Source: Malacoraja senta (lineage: Eukaryota). Taken from it: DNA of 64,000 nt. The notes beneath the pieces are model-generated. The model was not told where the DNA came from. It did no database searches and worked only from the letters and a program-made list of their open reading frames with translations. The translations under genes and the position numbers were made by a program. Below are positions 24,278 through 36,277 of this stretch, one piece after another. The DNA lies in contig CM075987.1 of assembly GCA_038087875.1 (NCBI GenBank), positions 25,608,001 to 25,672,000 of the forward strand, given 5' to 3'. The stretch's first letter is position 1; each line of letters starts with the position of its first letter.

Positions 24278-24354
24278 CAAGGTACCAGAACCAGGTTATT
24301 ACCAAGTACTATCACAAGGTACCAGAACCAGGTTATTACCAAGTACTATCACAA
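24278..24354. repeat. Perfect 37-bp tandem duplication
   Basis: CAAGGTACCAGAACCAGGTTATTACCAAGTACTATCA x2. Confidence 0.95.
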
Positions 24355-24720
24355 TGCTTAACAACTATTTGGACAGGTACATGGATCAGTTCAGATGGAT
24401 ATGGGCCACATGCAGGCAAGTGGGACGAATGCAGATGGGCATGTTGGTCGCTGTTGACATGGGCTGAAGGGCCTGTTTCAACTCTGTATGAATCTATGAT
24501 ACCATCATAAGGTGATAAGTGACAGGAGCAGAATTAGGCCATTCGGCCCATCACGGCTACTCTGCCATTCAATCATTCGCTGATCTATCTCTCCTTCCTA
24601 ACCCCATTCTCCTGCCTTCTCCCCATAACCCATGACACCCGCACTAATCAAGAATCTATCCATCTCTGCCTTAAAAATATCCATTGATTTGGCCTCCACA
24701 GCCTTCTGTGGCAATGAATT
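24355..24720. mobile_element. Two CR1 3' ends, tail to tail
   Basis: Plus copy about 24355-24500, minus copy about 24505-24720. Confidence 0.7.
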
Positions 24721-24744
24721 ATCCTTGGTGTGTGTAGGAAAGTG

Positions 24745-25052
24745 TTAGTTTAGTTTAGTTTAGTTCAGACATACAGTGCGGAAAGAGGCCCTTCGGCCAC
24801 CAATTCGATACCGTTCAGTGATTCCCACACACCAACACTACCCTACACACACTAGGGACAATTTACATTTATACCAAGCCCATTAACCTACAAACCTGTA
24901 CGGCTTTGGAGTGTGGGAGGAAACCGGAGATCTCGGAGAAACCCCACGCAGGTCACGGGGAGAACGTACAAACACCGTACAGACAGCGCCCGCAGTCAGG
25001 ATCGAACCCGGGTCTCTGCTGTAAGGCAGCAACTCTACCGCTGGGCCACCAT
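24745..25052 (-). mobile_element. HE1-like V-SINE inserted in the tail of an opposite-strand copy
   Basis: Consensus match; plus-strand tail continues at 25053-25140. Confidence 0.8.
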
Positions 25053-25937
25053 GCTAGTGTAAGGAAACCGCTGGTCGGAGCGGACTGGGTGGGCCGAAGG
25101 GCCTGTTTCTGCGCTGTATCTCTAAACTAAACTAAACTAATATTTGTCAGAGCTGCAGAGAGGATGTTATCTTAAGAACAGTACTCAACATGGGAATACA
25201 AGAGATAAAGGAGTTCTTGGGAGAAATGCCATCTCCCTTGATAACTCTGTACTGAATTACAATATTTGTAATACTGAAGACTATATCCCCAGGGATGGGT
25301 ATGTTAAGACGAAGATTAATATTGTCTCCAAATGTTGCTTGTTTTAGATTCAAGAAATCCTTAAATCAGGAACCTAGCAGAATAAATCCAGGCTAATCAC
25401 TGAAGCCACTTACGTTTTCTCATCATCTCAGCTCTGTGGCCACACAATAAGTACTGACTTTCTGTAAACAAATTAATATTTGATGCATGCTTCTATTTAC
25501 AGGTCACAAAGGTGTCCTGTGGCCCTGGATTTGTCTGATACTTACCTTACAATATCCTGACACTTAAGTTTTCACTAGCCAATGCAATCAATCAAAAGTG
25601 GAGAATAACGTCCAACAGTACGATAATCATTCATATCAGTTTTGAAAATCTTTCAAAAATGTCAAAGGAAGAGCACGCTAACATTTATATAAAAGCTAGC
25701 CACAGCCTCGGGGAGTCCTAAAGAATTTGACAATCAATGGATCATATTTTATGCGCTGTCACTGTTGTGTAAATCATTGAGGGCTGACATATTTGTTTGC
25801 AAATTTTGCCGTCCTTTTTCAATTCTGCTTTCCTAATATTCTTCTCCTTTCTGCACAGCTTAGGCATTTGTGGAATTATGCCTTTGATTATTTTGTCGAC
25901 CAGGGTCTATTTTAATGCACAAAACATTAATGCATTT

Positions 25938-26224
25938 AGAGTTGCTCCTTTACAGCGGCAGAGACCCGGGTGCGATCCTGACTATGGGCTCTGTCTGCAC
26001 AGAGCTTGTACTCTCCCCGTGACCTGCGTGGGTTTCCTCAGGGTGCTCCGGTTTCCTCCCACACGCCAAAGACGTACAGGTTTGTAGGTTAATTGGCTTG
26101 GTGTAAATGTAGATTGTCCCTGGCGTGTGAAGGATAATGTTGGTGCGTGTGGATCGCTGGTCGGCGTGGACTCGGTGGGCCTAAGGGCCGGTTTCCGTGC
26201 TGTATCTCTAAACTAAACTAAACT
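25938..26224 (+). mobile_element. HE1-like V-SINE
   Basis: Consensus match. Confidence 0.85.
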
Positions 26225-26434
26225 TTCTGGCGAGGTTCAAGTACTCTATGCATGGACTCTGGTAAGAAATCAACAGTGTTGATTACCTTACAAGAGTTGA
26301 TAAAAGCAAAACAAATTAAGATTCAGTCTAACTTTCGATCTTCTTGCAACATGCTTATTATACTATTGTCGCGTAGACAAGAACAGACAGCAGCACATTT
26401 TTCTGCATTTAACTGTGTAGCTTTATTGGGAAGA

Positions 26435-26849
26435 CATCTCCGTGGAATGTCAGCTTGTCGTGGTGGAGAAGCTTGTGTGGACCTGAGATCCTGAGAGCGA
26501 TGCCGTCTGGAGCTCTGCTCCTGGTGGGGCCACCCATGGCGGTAAGGTCGAGGGGGAGGTCTCTGACAAAGAGCAATCCAACCAAGACCTCAACGGTGCA
26601 ACAGCTGGAGGACAATGGCTGACTTTAGTGGAGCGTCACAACGGCTGGGAAGGCGGATGAAGGCTGCAGCAGAAAAAGGTCCCTAGTCGTCTTGGACTCC
26701 ACGCCACTGGATCCTTACCCAGATCTGTCAAGGACCGTGTGGTGGCTGTCTGTGCACCAGTCTCCCCACGTTAAACAAAGTCACGCACCAGGCATCCTCC
26801 ATGAGAGGACAGTCACTCTCGTTTCGAGTGACCGCCGATGATGATGATA
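26435..26849 (+). mobile_element. Non-autonomous RTE-derived element (RTE 5' UTR plus (GAT)n tail)
   Basis: Motifs CTTGTCGTGG, GAGCGATGCCGT, GGGCCACCCA and TCTGACAAA as recalled for BovB/Expander-type 5' UTRs; tail GATGATGATGAT; near-TSD ATTGGG(C)AAGA. Confidence 0.7.
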
Positions 26850-27127
26850 ATTGGGCAAGAATAATGAACAGTGATGGAAAAGTATATAGTGCTGAATCCT
26901 TCATGAGCTACTGGTTTAGTTGACCACTGATGTCAAGTAAAGTTGTATTATGCATGTGCAGTGTGCTGTCAATGAGCCTTGCACACGAGAGAAATCTGGA
27001 AATAATATCCCCTTGGGAAGAAAGGAACCTGCACTGCCTCTGTGTGGAGGAAGGGACTGCAGTGGTTCTCGACCCGAAACATCACCTATTGCTTTTCTCC
27101 AGAGATGCTATCTGACCCGCTGAGTTG

Positions 27128-27600
27128 AGGCTCTGTCTCACGGTGTTGCGGTCATCGGCGGTGAAGCGCGGCTTCGCCTGTAGAGGGGACCGCACGGCAA
27201 CGGCGAGAGCGCCGAGCCTATGCCACGGGAGTGCTGCACGGATGCTGCGCGGGGGCCGAGTGATTTAAATACGGCTGGTCCCACGAGCTTGTGGTAAGTA
27301 AAAAAAAGGGCGGGCCGACTGCGATGACGTCATTTTAGATCTGCGAGGCTGTGGCGGCGGCCGTGCTGATCGCGGCACTGTAGCGGTGGCTGTGGCGGTG
27401 GCCATGCCGCACACGTGCCTCACTGGCGGAGGCTGTTCGACGCACGGCGCTCGAGCCACAATGGCGGCGGCTGTACGGTAGGGACATATTTTTGAACAGT
27501 GTTGGTTTTATTTTAGCACCGTGCGGTGTTGGGAACAACGCCACACGGCCCCGGAATTGTGCGTTTGACCGAGTGCGCGGTCTATGGCGGCCCAGGAGCG
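27128..27600. mobile_element. CpG-rich, probably truncated Harbinger-type element
   Basis: Starts AGGCTCTGTCTCAC (TIR-like); shares GGCGGGCCGACTG and TGACGTCAT with the 15757 MITE; no matching right TIR seen. Confidence 0.4.
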
Positions 27601-27662
27601 GTAGATTCTTCCTGTTTCTGGCCTAATTCCTGGCCTAATTCTGCTCCTATCACGTGAACTTA

Positions 27663-28053
27663 CATAGATACATAGAAATTAGGTGCAGGAGTAGGCCATT
27701 CGGCCCTTCGAGCCTGCACCGCCATTCAATATGATCATGGCTGATCATCCAACTCAGTATCCCGTACCTGCCTTCTCTCCATACCCCCTGATCCCCTTAG
27801 CCACAAGGGCCACATCTAACTCCCTCTTAAATATAGCCAATGAACTGGCCTCAACTACCCTCTGTGGCAGAGAGTTCCAGAGATTCACCACTCTCTGTGT
27901 GAAAACGTTTTTCCTCATCTCGGTCTTAAAGGATTTCCCCCTTATCCTTAAGCTGTGACCCCTTGTCCTGGACTTCCCCAACATCGGGAACAATCTTCCT
28001 GCATCTAGCCTGTCCAACCCCATAAGAATTTTGTACGTTTCTATAAGATCCCC
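27663..28053 (-). mobile_element. Young CR1 LINE 3' fragment
   Basis: GDLIETYKIL...GYGEKAGTGY*, same subfamily as 13041-13670. Confidence 0.9.
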
Positions 28054-28200
28054 TCCCGGGTCTCTGGCGCTGTGAGACAGCAACTCTACCGCTGCGCCAC
28101 CGTGCTGCCCCCTCAATCTTTGTGTTCAAAAATTGGAAGTCGTAACCTGACCAATTGAAACAAGGTGCAGTGATTTAGTTTAGTTTAGAGATTTAACATG

Positions 28201-28480
28201 GGAGGGACGGCACGGTGGCGCAGCGGTAGAGTTACTGCCTCACGGCGCCAGAGACCCGGGTTTTATCCTGACTACGGGTGCTGTCTGTACGGAGTTTGTA
28301 CGTTCTTCCCGTGACCTGCGTGGGTTTTCTCCGGGTGCTTCGCTTTCCTTCCACATTCTACAGACGTGCAGGTTTGTAGGTTATTCGGCTACTATAAATT
28401 GCCCCTGGGGTGTAGGATGCAAAGAAGGTAACATAAAACGAGTGTATTGGTGATCGTTGGTTGACAGGGACTTGATGGCC
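28201..28480 (+). mobile_element. HE1-like V-SINE
   Basis: A box TGGCGCAGCGG and V-domain. Confidence 0.8.
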
Positions 28481-28494
28481 CATTGGGATAGAAG

Positions 28495-28826
28495 TTTTTA
28501 GTTTAGTTTAGTTTAGGTTTGATATACAGGGCGGAAACAGGCCCCTCGGCCCACAGGGTCCGCGCCGACCAACGATCCCCGCACATTTAACACTCTCCTA
28601 CACAAACCACGGACAATTTTTACATTTACCAAGCCAATTCACCTATAAACCTGTACGTCTTTGGAGAGTGGGAGGAAACCGGAGATCTCGGAGAAAGCCA
28701 ACGCAGGTCACGGGGAGAAGGTAAAACTCCGTACAGACAGCACCCGTGGTCAGGATCGAACCCGGGTCTCTTGCGCTGCATTCGCTATAAGGCAGCAACT
28801 CTACCACTTTGCCACCATGCCGCCCT
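28495..28826 (-). mobile_element. HE1-like V-SINE
   Basis: Reverse-complement consensus match. Confidence 0.85.
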
Positions 28827-29884
28827 TGTTGAGTCTCATTGTCTGAAACTCGTTTTCACCTCGCCCACAGCTAACAATGGCTTGTTTTTTTTTATCACCG
28901 GTTACTTTTTTTGCATATCTTTCATTCATTTGTTCTATATCTCTCTACATCACCATCTATATCTCTTGTTTCCCTTTCCCCTGACTCTCAGTCTAAAGAA
29001 GGGTCTTCAAGGAAACTGAACTGAACTGAACCGATGAAGTGTTCTTTGTAGGAAGGAACTCCAAATGCTGGTTTACACCGAAGAAGAAGGGTCTCGACCC
29101 GAAACGTCACCCATTCCTTCTCTCCAGAGAGGCTGCCTGTCCCGCTGAGTTACTCCAGCATGTTCTGTCCATCTTCGGTGAAGTGTTCTTTCCACCACAG
29201 GTAAGAGATGACCTTGGAAACTTACAGCATTTTCCCTCACCTTCAGAAGAAATCTTTTATCATCTTATTCATCACTAGAACACTTTGCAGGTCCTTCCAT
29301 GCAACCTCATAAAGCAGAGCCGGCAAGCTATTTGACTTAATTGATGTCAAACATTCTTTTATAAACTATACTGTAAGTGCATGCTCCCCGACTGATGTGC
29401 AATGGAGAGATCAAATAATGCCTCACATCACAATTCAATGAGGTTTCCTACGCACTTCTCCAGATGAGGTAATTCAAATACATGTGTTATTCACCTAATA
29501 CATTCTAGTTACTGAGCTTGATAAATATATTCTGGTAGTTATTTTTCTTAAATTCTGCAGTACATTATTCTAGTCCAGCAGTGCGTGTTAAGTGCATCAT
29601 TTCCTCTGCTATCTCTTGCAGCCAATGTATTAAATTGCAAACGGTGAACTAATTTCTTTCTCCTTATACTGCTGCATGGAATAGCAGGTCAATGCGTGCA
29701 AATTGAATGAAACTAATATTAAGTTACAGTGTGTCTCCAAAATTAAACGCAGTGGGAGCATTTGGGATGTATGGCCACAGGCGATCAGCAAAGAATATGA
29801 CATATTCTCATTGTAAGGACATTTAATCCTCTGTGGGACATTTACTGCACCATCAAGAAATGTGCCAATGTTGTACTATTTTTC

Positions 29885-30360
29885 AGTTTAGTTTATTGTC
29901 TCATGTACCGAGGTACGGTGAAAAACTTTTGTTGCGTGCTAATCAGTCAGAGGAAAGACAACACATGATTACAATCGAGCCATTTACAGTGTACAGATAC
30001 ATAACGTTCAGTGCAAGGTAAAGCCAGCAAAGTCCAATCAGAGATAGTCTGAGAGTCACCAAAGAGGTAGATAGTAGTTCAGGACTGCACTCTAGTTATG
30101 GTAGGATGGTTCAGTTGCCAGATAACAGCTGGGAAGAAACTGACCCTGAATCTGGAGGTAGATAAAAATGCTGGAGAAACTCAGCGGGTGAGGCAGCATC
30201 TATGGAACGAAGGAATAGGTGACGTTTCGGGTCGAGACCCTTCTTGGAGGTGTGCGTTTTCACACTTCCATACCTTTTGCCCGATGGGAGATGGGAGAAG
30301 AGGGAGTGGCCAGGGTGCAACTCGTCCTTGATCAAGCAGATGCAGCGTGAGGTATGAAAA
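29885..30360 (-). mobile_element. Rex1-like LINE 3' end with nested Penelope module (30156-30245)
   Basis: IKDELHPGHSLFSHLPSGKRYGSVKTHTS plus 3' UTR. Confidence 0.75.
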
Positions 30361-30729
30361 CATTTTATAAATTATGAACTAAAAACTGTCTATGTTAGTA
30401 TTTTTATGATTAGTAAGGGTGTCCGGGGTTATGGGGAGAAGGCAGGGGAATAGGGTTGCGATGAATGAATGAATGATACTTTATTGTCACAGGTGACAAG
30501 TGATATTGTTTGTTTCGCACAGCCAAGGTATGCAAGGAGTCGCCACATAAAGGATGCCAACAAAGTTACAAGGTATCCCACACTGGGTCCCCCTTCGTTC
30601 CCCTCCCCCTCATAGCAGAAAGATAGATAATCCATGATTGAATGGCGGAGTAGACTTGATGGGCCGAATGGACTAGTTTTGCTCCTAGAACTTATCAATG
30701 TATGAGTCTTTGGTTACGACCATAAAGGT

Positions 30730-31580
30730 TGGCCCGGTGGCGCAGCGATAGAGTTGCTGCCTTAAGGGGCTGTCCCACTTGGGCGACCTAATTGGCGAGT
30801 TTAGAAGAGTTTTGGAGAGTTTAAAAAAATTTCATGTTGAAGACCTCCTTCGACTATGGAGAAGACCGGCTACGACTAACCGGGAAAATTGGACACCGAA
30901 TAGTGGAGAGTGAAGACGACCTCCTTCGATCTCCTTCGACCTCCCTTCGACTATGTTGAAGACTATCCACGACTACCTTCCACTACCTTCGATTACCCTT
31001 GATTACCTACGAGTAACATGCCGACCTACTATGACCTACTATGACTAAACTTACGAGTAAAAAAAGTATAGATTTTTTCCATGGCAACCTTTTTTTACTC
31101 GCGGCATTTTTCAGCATGTTGCAACATACTCCGCGACCTCGCTGAGGCCCCGAGTTGACGGGGACTACTCTCGAGCACGAAGGAGAGTTACAAAGACCTC
31201 CTAGGACCTCGTGTCGACCATCTGCGAGTATGAGTCAACGGCAAACTCACCAGAACTTGCGGATTAGGTCGCCCAAGTGGGACAGCCCCTTTACAATACC
31301 TGCAGCTCCGGAGACTAGGTTTAAATCCCGATTACGGCGCTGTCTGTACGGAGTTTGTGCGTTCTCCCCTGTGACCTGCGTGCGTTTTCTCCGAGATCGT
31401 CGATTTCCTCCCACACTCCAAAGACGTACAGGTTTGTAGGTTAATTGGCTTGGTAGAGGTGTAAATTGTCCCTAATGTGCGTAGGATAGTGTTAATGTGC
31501 GGGGATCGCTGGGCCGAAGGGCCTGTTTTCATGCTCTGTCTCTAAATAGCATTCAATTCAATAAACTAAACTAAACTAAA
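30730..31580 (+). mobile_element. HE1-like V-SINE split by a MITE
   Basis: Head 30730-30764; remainder from 31291. Confidence 0.85.
30765..31290. mobile_element. PIF/Harbinger-type MITE, 526 bp
   Basis: 28-bp perfect TIR AGGGGCTGTCCCACTTGGGCGACCTAAT; TTA TSD; internal (CCTTCGACTA)-like repeats. Confidence 0.92.
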
Positions 31581-32077
31581 CCTTTATAGACAAATCTCTG
31601 TCTGACTTTCAAGGAAAACAAGATACATTAAAGGAGATTTGTACAGGTGCTAAAAAGATTCTTTAATGGGTAACAATATAAGATGTTTGCAATAACAGAC
31701 CAAGAACAATGAAGTCAGAATTAAGTGCCACTGGATTCCATTGAAATCCTGGCACAATCTCTATTACTTGGGAAACCTCATCTAAATAAGGTTGTTAATT
31801 TTGGGTTCCTTAAACAAGATTACTATATGACTTAACTTGCAAGCACAGGATCATAAATTGCAAAAGATAGACACAAAATGCTGGAGTAACTCAACGGGAC
31901 AGGTGTGGTGATGTAGAGAGATGTCGAACAAATGAATTAAAGATATGCAAAAAAGTAACGATGTTAAAGGAAACAGGCCATCGTTGTCTATATCTCTCGT
32001 TTCCCTTTCCTGTGACTTTCTGTTTGAAAAAGGGTCTCGACCCGAAGGAATGGGTGATGTTTCAGGACGAGACCCTT

Positions 32078-32295
32078 CGACACCTTTAAATCTAGACTTA
32101 AACCTATTTCTACTCACAAGCGTTTCTTGAGGTCCTCTGAGGGAGCGCTGTATGTATGTATTTATGTATGTATTGTTGATCTATGTACCACTGTATGTAG
32201 CATGTTAGTACCTGCACTGATGTAAAGCACTTTGGTCAACGAGAGTTGTTTTTAAATGTGCTATAGAAATAAAATTGACTTGACTTGACCTGACT
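32078..32295 (+). mobile_element. L2 LINE 3' end nested in a Penelope-derived element (about 31867-32390)
   Basis: TGTAAAGCACTTTGGTCAAC...GTGCTATAGAAATAAA plus (TTGAC)n. Confidence 0.65.
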
Positions 32296-32451
32296 TCTCC
32301 AGACTGACGACCCGAAACGTCACCCATTCCTTCTCTCCAGAGATGCTGCCTGTGCCGCTGAGTTACTCCATAATTTTATGTCTATCTTTTGATTTTATGA
32401 CTGCCCTTGCAAATTGGGTGGATAAAGGCTAGAGATGAAAAGCAGACAATA

Positions 32452-33115
32452 TGACTTAGACTTAGATTCCTTTATTTGTCATTCAGACCTTTCGGTCTGA
32501 ACGAAATTTCGTTGCCTGCAGTCATACATATAATAATAAATAACAAAACACACAATAAACACAAATTAACATCCACCACAGTGAGTTCACCAGGCACCTC
32601 CTCACTGTGATGGAGGCAAAAGTCTTAAAGTCTCTGTCTCTTCCCTCTTTGTTCTCCCGCTGCGCTGAGGCGATCCAGGCTTCTGACGTTGTGACCCCGC
32701 CGGGTGATGGTAAGTCAGTCCCGCAGCTGAATCCGAGCTCCGCGACGGGCCGGTTCAAACTCCGCGGCCCGGGGTGGCCGAAGCTGCCGTCCTCCAGTTC
32801 AGCGGACGCAGCTGTAGTTGCGGGAGCCCCAGAAAAACAGGTCACCCACCTGTGACCTGCGAGCTCCCGACGATGTCGTCCACCGGGCCCGCGGCCGAGC
32901 CTCCGGACTCAGGTCGCCACCAGCGTCCTCGGTCGCCCCCGCCGGAACGCCACCGCAGCCCCGAAGCCGGCCAGCCTCGCGCTGGTAAGTCCTGGCTCTG
33001 CCTCCGGAGCCTCGAGGTCGGTCGGTCACAGTTGGAGTTGGAGGCCGGCAGCTCTGCCATTTTGGCCTCAGCGCAGACGGAGGCAGAGAAGGGGGATACG
33101 ACAAGAAAAAGTCGC
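32452..33115 (-). mobile_element. Non-autonomous Rex1-like element (GC-rich leader plus 3' tail)
   Basis: Minus strand has TTGCCTCCATCACAGTGAGG (FASITVR), then a T-rich UTR, GACAAATAAAGG and (TCTAAG)n. Confidence 0.55.
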
Positions 33116-33240
33116 ATGTTATTGAATGGTGACCAAGTGTTTAAAACATTTATAAACAATGTCTTAAAGAATGAACTTGGATATATATCCATGATGTATT
33201 TTAGCATTCCCAGTTTGTTACTGTTTTTTGTGGTGAAATA

Positions 33241-33546
33241 GGGTGGCACGATGGCGCAGCGCCAGAGTTGCTGCCTCACAGCGCCAGAGACCTGGGTTCG
33301 ATTCTAACTACAGGTGTTATCTATACGGAGTTTGCACGTTCTTCCCGTGACCTGGGTGTGTTTGCTCCGAGATCTTCGGTTTCCTCCCACACTCCAAAGA
33401 CTTACAAGTTTGTAGGTTAATTGGCTTGATGTAAATGTAAAATTGTCCCCAGTGTGGGTAGGGTGTTGTCAATATGTGGGGATCGCTGGTCGTCGAGGAC
33501 TCGGTGGGCCGAAGGGCCTGTTTCCGTGCTGTATCTTTAAACTGAA
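33241..33546 (+). mobile_element. HE1-like V-SINE
   Basis: Consensus match. Confidence 0.85.
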
Positions 33547-33576
33547 GACAAACAACCAGCTATGCAATTTTCAATA

Positions 33577-34083
33577 ACATAGAAACATAGAAAATAGATG
33601 CAGGAGGAGGCCATTTGGCCCTTCAAGCCTACACTGCCATTCATTGTGATCATGGCTAATCATTCACAATCAGTAACCCTGTCTTCTCCCCATATCCCTT
33701 GATTCCGCTAACCCCTAGAGCTCTATCTAACTCTCTTTTAAATTCATCCAGTGAATTGGCCTCCACTGCCTTGTGTGGCAGAGAATTCCACAAATTGACA
33801 ACTCTCTGGGTGAAAAAGTTTTTTCTCATCTTAGTTTTAAATGGCCTCCCCTTTATTCTTAGACTGTGGCCCCTGGTTCTGGACTCTCCCATCATTGGGA
33901 ACATTTTTCCTGCATCTAGCTTGTCCAGTCCTTTATAATTTTATATGTTTCTACAAGATCCCTTCTCATCCTAAACTCCAGTGAACACAAGCCCACTCTT
34001 TCCAATCTTTCCTCATATGACAGTCCCGCCATCCCGGGGACGAACCTCGTGAACCTTCGCTGCACTGCCTCAATAGCAAGGAT
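33577..34083 (-). mobile_element. CR1 LINE 3' fragment
   Basis: MFPMMGESRTRGHSLRIKGRPFKTKMRKNFFTQRVVNLWNSLP. Confidence 0.9.
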
Positions 34084-34656
34084 GAAAGATAAATATTTTG
34101 AATGTCAAGAGATTTCCTGAGCTCATTCTGAAGTAGTATCAAGGGAACTTCTTTCTTCATTCAAGCAGGCAGATATGGTCTCATTTGAAATATGGCTGCT
34201 CCAACAACCGAGGTCCCAAATGCATTGCCCAGCACTTCTGCAAATTAAATTTCATCCAAAATTGATTTGCCGAGTTTTACCAATCTGTTTAAATTCTCTC
34301 CATGTCACTTGCAATCCTCTCCCTGGTAAATCGTGCTGACTATTTTCTGTACCGTCTGCACATTCTGACATGGTATCCCTGATTACAGAACTCTGAATCA
34401 ATTTTATTTACAAAGAACAACACTGCTGCCATGAACTCGGAAGTGGATCAGCCTTTATGATCGTCCACTCACTGTTCTTCTAATGTGATGAAGAACTACT
34501 AATCCCACGCGTAGAAGCCTCTCTTTCCTCTCATCAGCATTTCTGTATCTTTTTGTTCTTGTTTTTAAAATATTTTGTTTAGATTTTAGTTTTTGCTTGG
34601 TACAGCGTGGAAACAGGCCCTTCAGCCCACGCCTACCGGCGATCCCCACACATTAA

Positions 34657-34975
34657 AGGCCCTGTCCCACTTTCCCGAGTTACTCACGAACTCTCCCGAG
34701 TTTTCCCCTTAATTCAAACACAGAGAAATCCGGTAATAGCCGTTCGTCGGTACTCGGGGCTACTTTTTTAACTCGTGGACATTTTTCAACATGTTGAGAA
34801 AACGTCCCGACTTACCTGTTGCCCCGAGTTCCTACGGCCGGCATTACGAGCCGCTACGAAACATCTACGGACTCCTACGGGCTCGCTACCGACATTCCCC
34901 GACATTCCCCGAGTTCGAATCAAGGGGAAAACTCGGGAGAGTTCGTGAGTAACTCGGGAAAGTGGGACAGGGCCT
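34657..34975. mobile_element. PIF/Harbinger-type MITE, 319 bp, inside a minus-strand V-SINE (about 34580-35145)
   Basis: TIR of more than 50 bp AGGCCCTGTCCCACTTTCCCGAGTTACTCACGAACTCTCCCGAGTTTTCCCCTT; TAA TSD. Confidence 0.92.
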
Positions 34976-35334
34976 TAACACTGTCCAAAACACACTAGAG
35001 ACAATAGACAATTTTGCCCGGGAAACCCCACACAGGTCACAGAGAGAATGTGCAAACTCCACATAGACGGCACCCGTAGTCAGGATCGAACACGGGTCTC
35101 TGGCGCTGTAAGGCCGCAACTCTACCGCTGTGCCACCGCGCCACCCAACGTTTATTACATGTACTGAGGTGCAGTGAAAAGCTTTTGTTGCGTGCTATAC
35201 AGTCAACATAAAGACTAAACATGATTACAATCAAGCCATCCAAGATTCAAGATTCAATTTAATTGTCACATGTACCAATTAAGGTGCAGTGACATTTGAG
35301 TCCACAGTGTACAGATAAAGGATAAAGGGTAGAA

Positions 35335-35632
35335 GGTAGACAAAAATGCTGGAGAAACTCAGCGGGTGAGGCAGCATCTATGGAGCGAAGGAATGGGCGA
35401 CGTTCCGGGTCGAGACCCTTCTTCAGACTGATCTGGGGGCGGGTAGAAGAAAGGAAGAGGCGGAGACAGTAGGCTGTGGGAGAGCTGGGAAAGGAAGGGG
35501 AAGGAGGGAGAAAGCAGGGACTACCTGAATGGGAGAAGTCAATGTTCATACCGCTGGGGTGTAAACTGCCCAAGCGAAATATGAGGTGCTGCTCCTCCAA
35601 TTTGCGGTGGGACTCACTCTGGCAATGGAGGA
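35335..35632 (-). mobile_element. Penelope-like element 3' fragment
   Basis: LEEQHLIFRLGSLHPSGMNIDFS plus terminal module. Confidence 0.8.
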
Positions 35633-35639
35633 GGTAGTC

Positions 35640-35765
35640 CTTCCTTCCCCTTCCCCTTCCCCTTCCCCTTCCCCTTCCCCTTCCCCTTCCCCTTCCCCTT
35701 CCCCTTCCCCTTCCCCTTCCCCTTCCCCTTCCCCTTCCCCTTCCCCTTCCCCTTCCCCTTCCCCT
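35640..35765. repeat. (CCCCTT)n microsatellite, about 20 units
   Basis: Pure hexamer run. Confidence 0.95.
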
Positions 35766-36277
35766 CCCACAGCCTACTGAGGCAAAAATTTCATATGAAC
35801 CAAATTCTAAATTTGTCCAGAATTAACACAACAAATTCATGTAAAAGGATTGGAGCCAAAAAAGTTCTTGGAGACAATTGCACGCATGTTTAAAAGGTGA
35901 AGAATTCTGCAGATTTGGGACAATTACCAATTAAGTTTGTAAATGACATTTTCGATTGGTAACTTAAATTGCCCTATTCCTATCAGTGCTTAATTATTTC
36001 TTCATTGGAAGCTGCGACAAACACATTGGACAAGAAACTCTTAATCCATTAATGGAACACAATTCATGATTGCTGGTGAATTTAACTGGAAGCATCAACC
36101 ACAAGGAACAATAAAATGGAGGCACTCCAGGTAGGTAATAGCATTCCTCAAATTACTTTGTTAGGAAGACATCGTTAACCTTAGACGGCTAGAGAATTAC
36201 TTGAGTAAAGTACAAAATAACATTATAATATCTCATTGGGACAGGGAGCATCTCTGGATAGAATGAATTAATTCCTT

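Noticed and set aside
24278..24354. CRISPR-like 37-bp repeats
   Set aside because: Two adjacent copies with no spacer, in eukaryotic DNA.
28201..28280. tRNA genes at SINE heads
   Set aside because: The A/B boxes run into V-domain and CR1-type tails; these are SINEs.
30840..31060. Regularly spaced CCTTCGACTA-like repeats
   Set aside because: Degenerate internal minisatellite of a MITE, not an array with spacers.
32640..33100. CpG-island promoter of a host gene (also 15757, 27128, 39420)
   Set aside because: Each GC-rich patch lies within TE boundaries; the overlapping ORFs reflect GC content.
35546..35780. (GE)n and (SP)n ORFs
   Set aside because: Translations of the (CCCCTT)n microsatellite.
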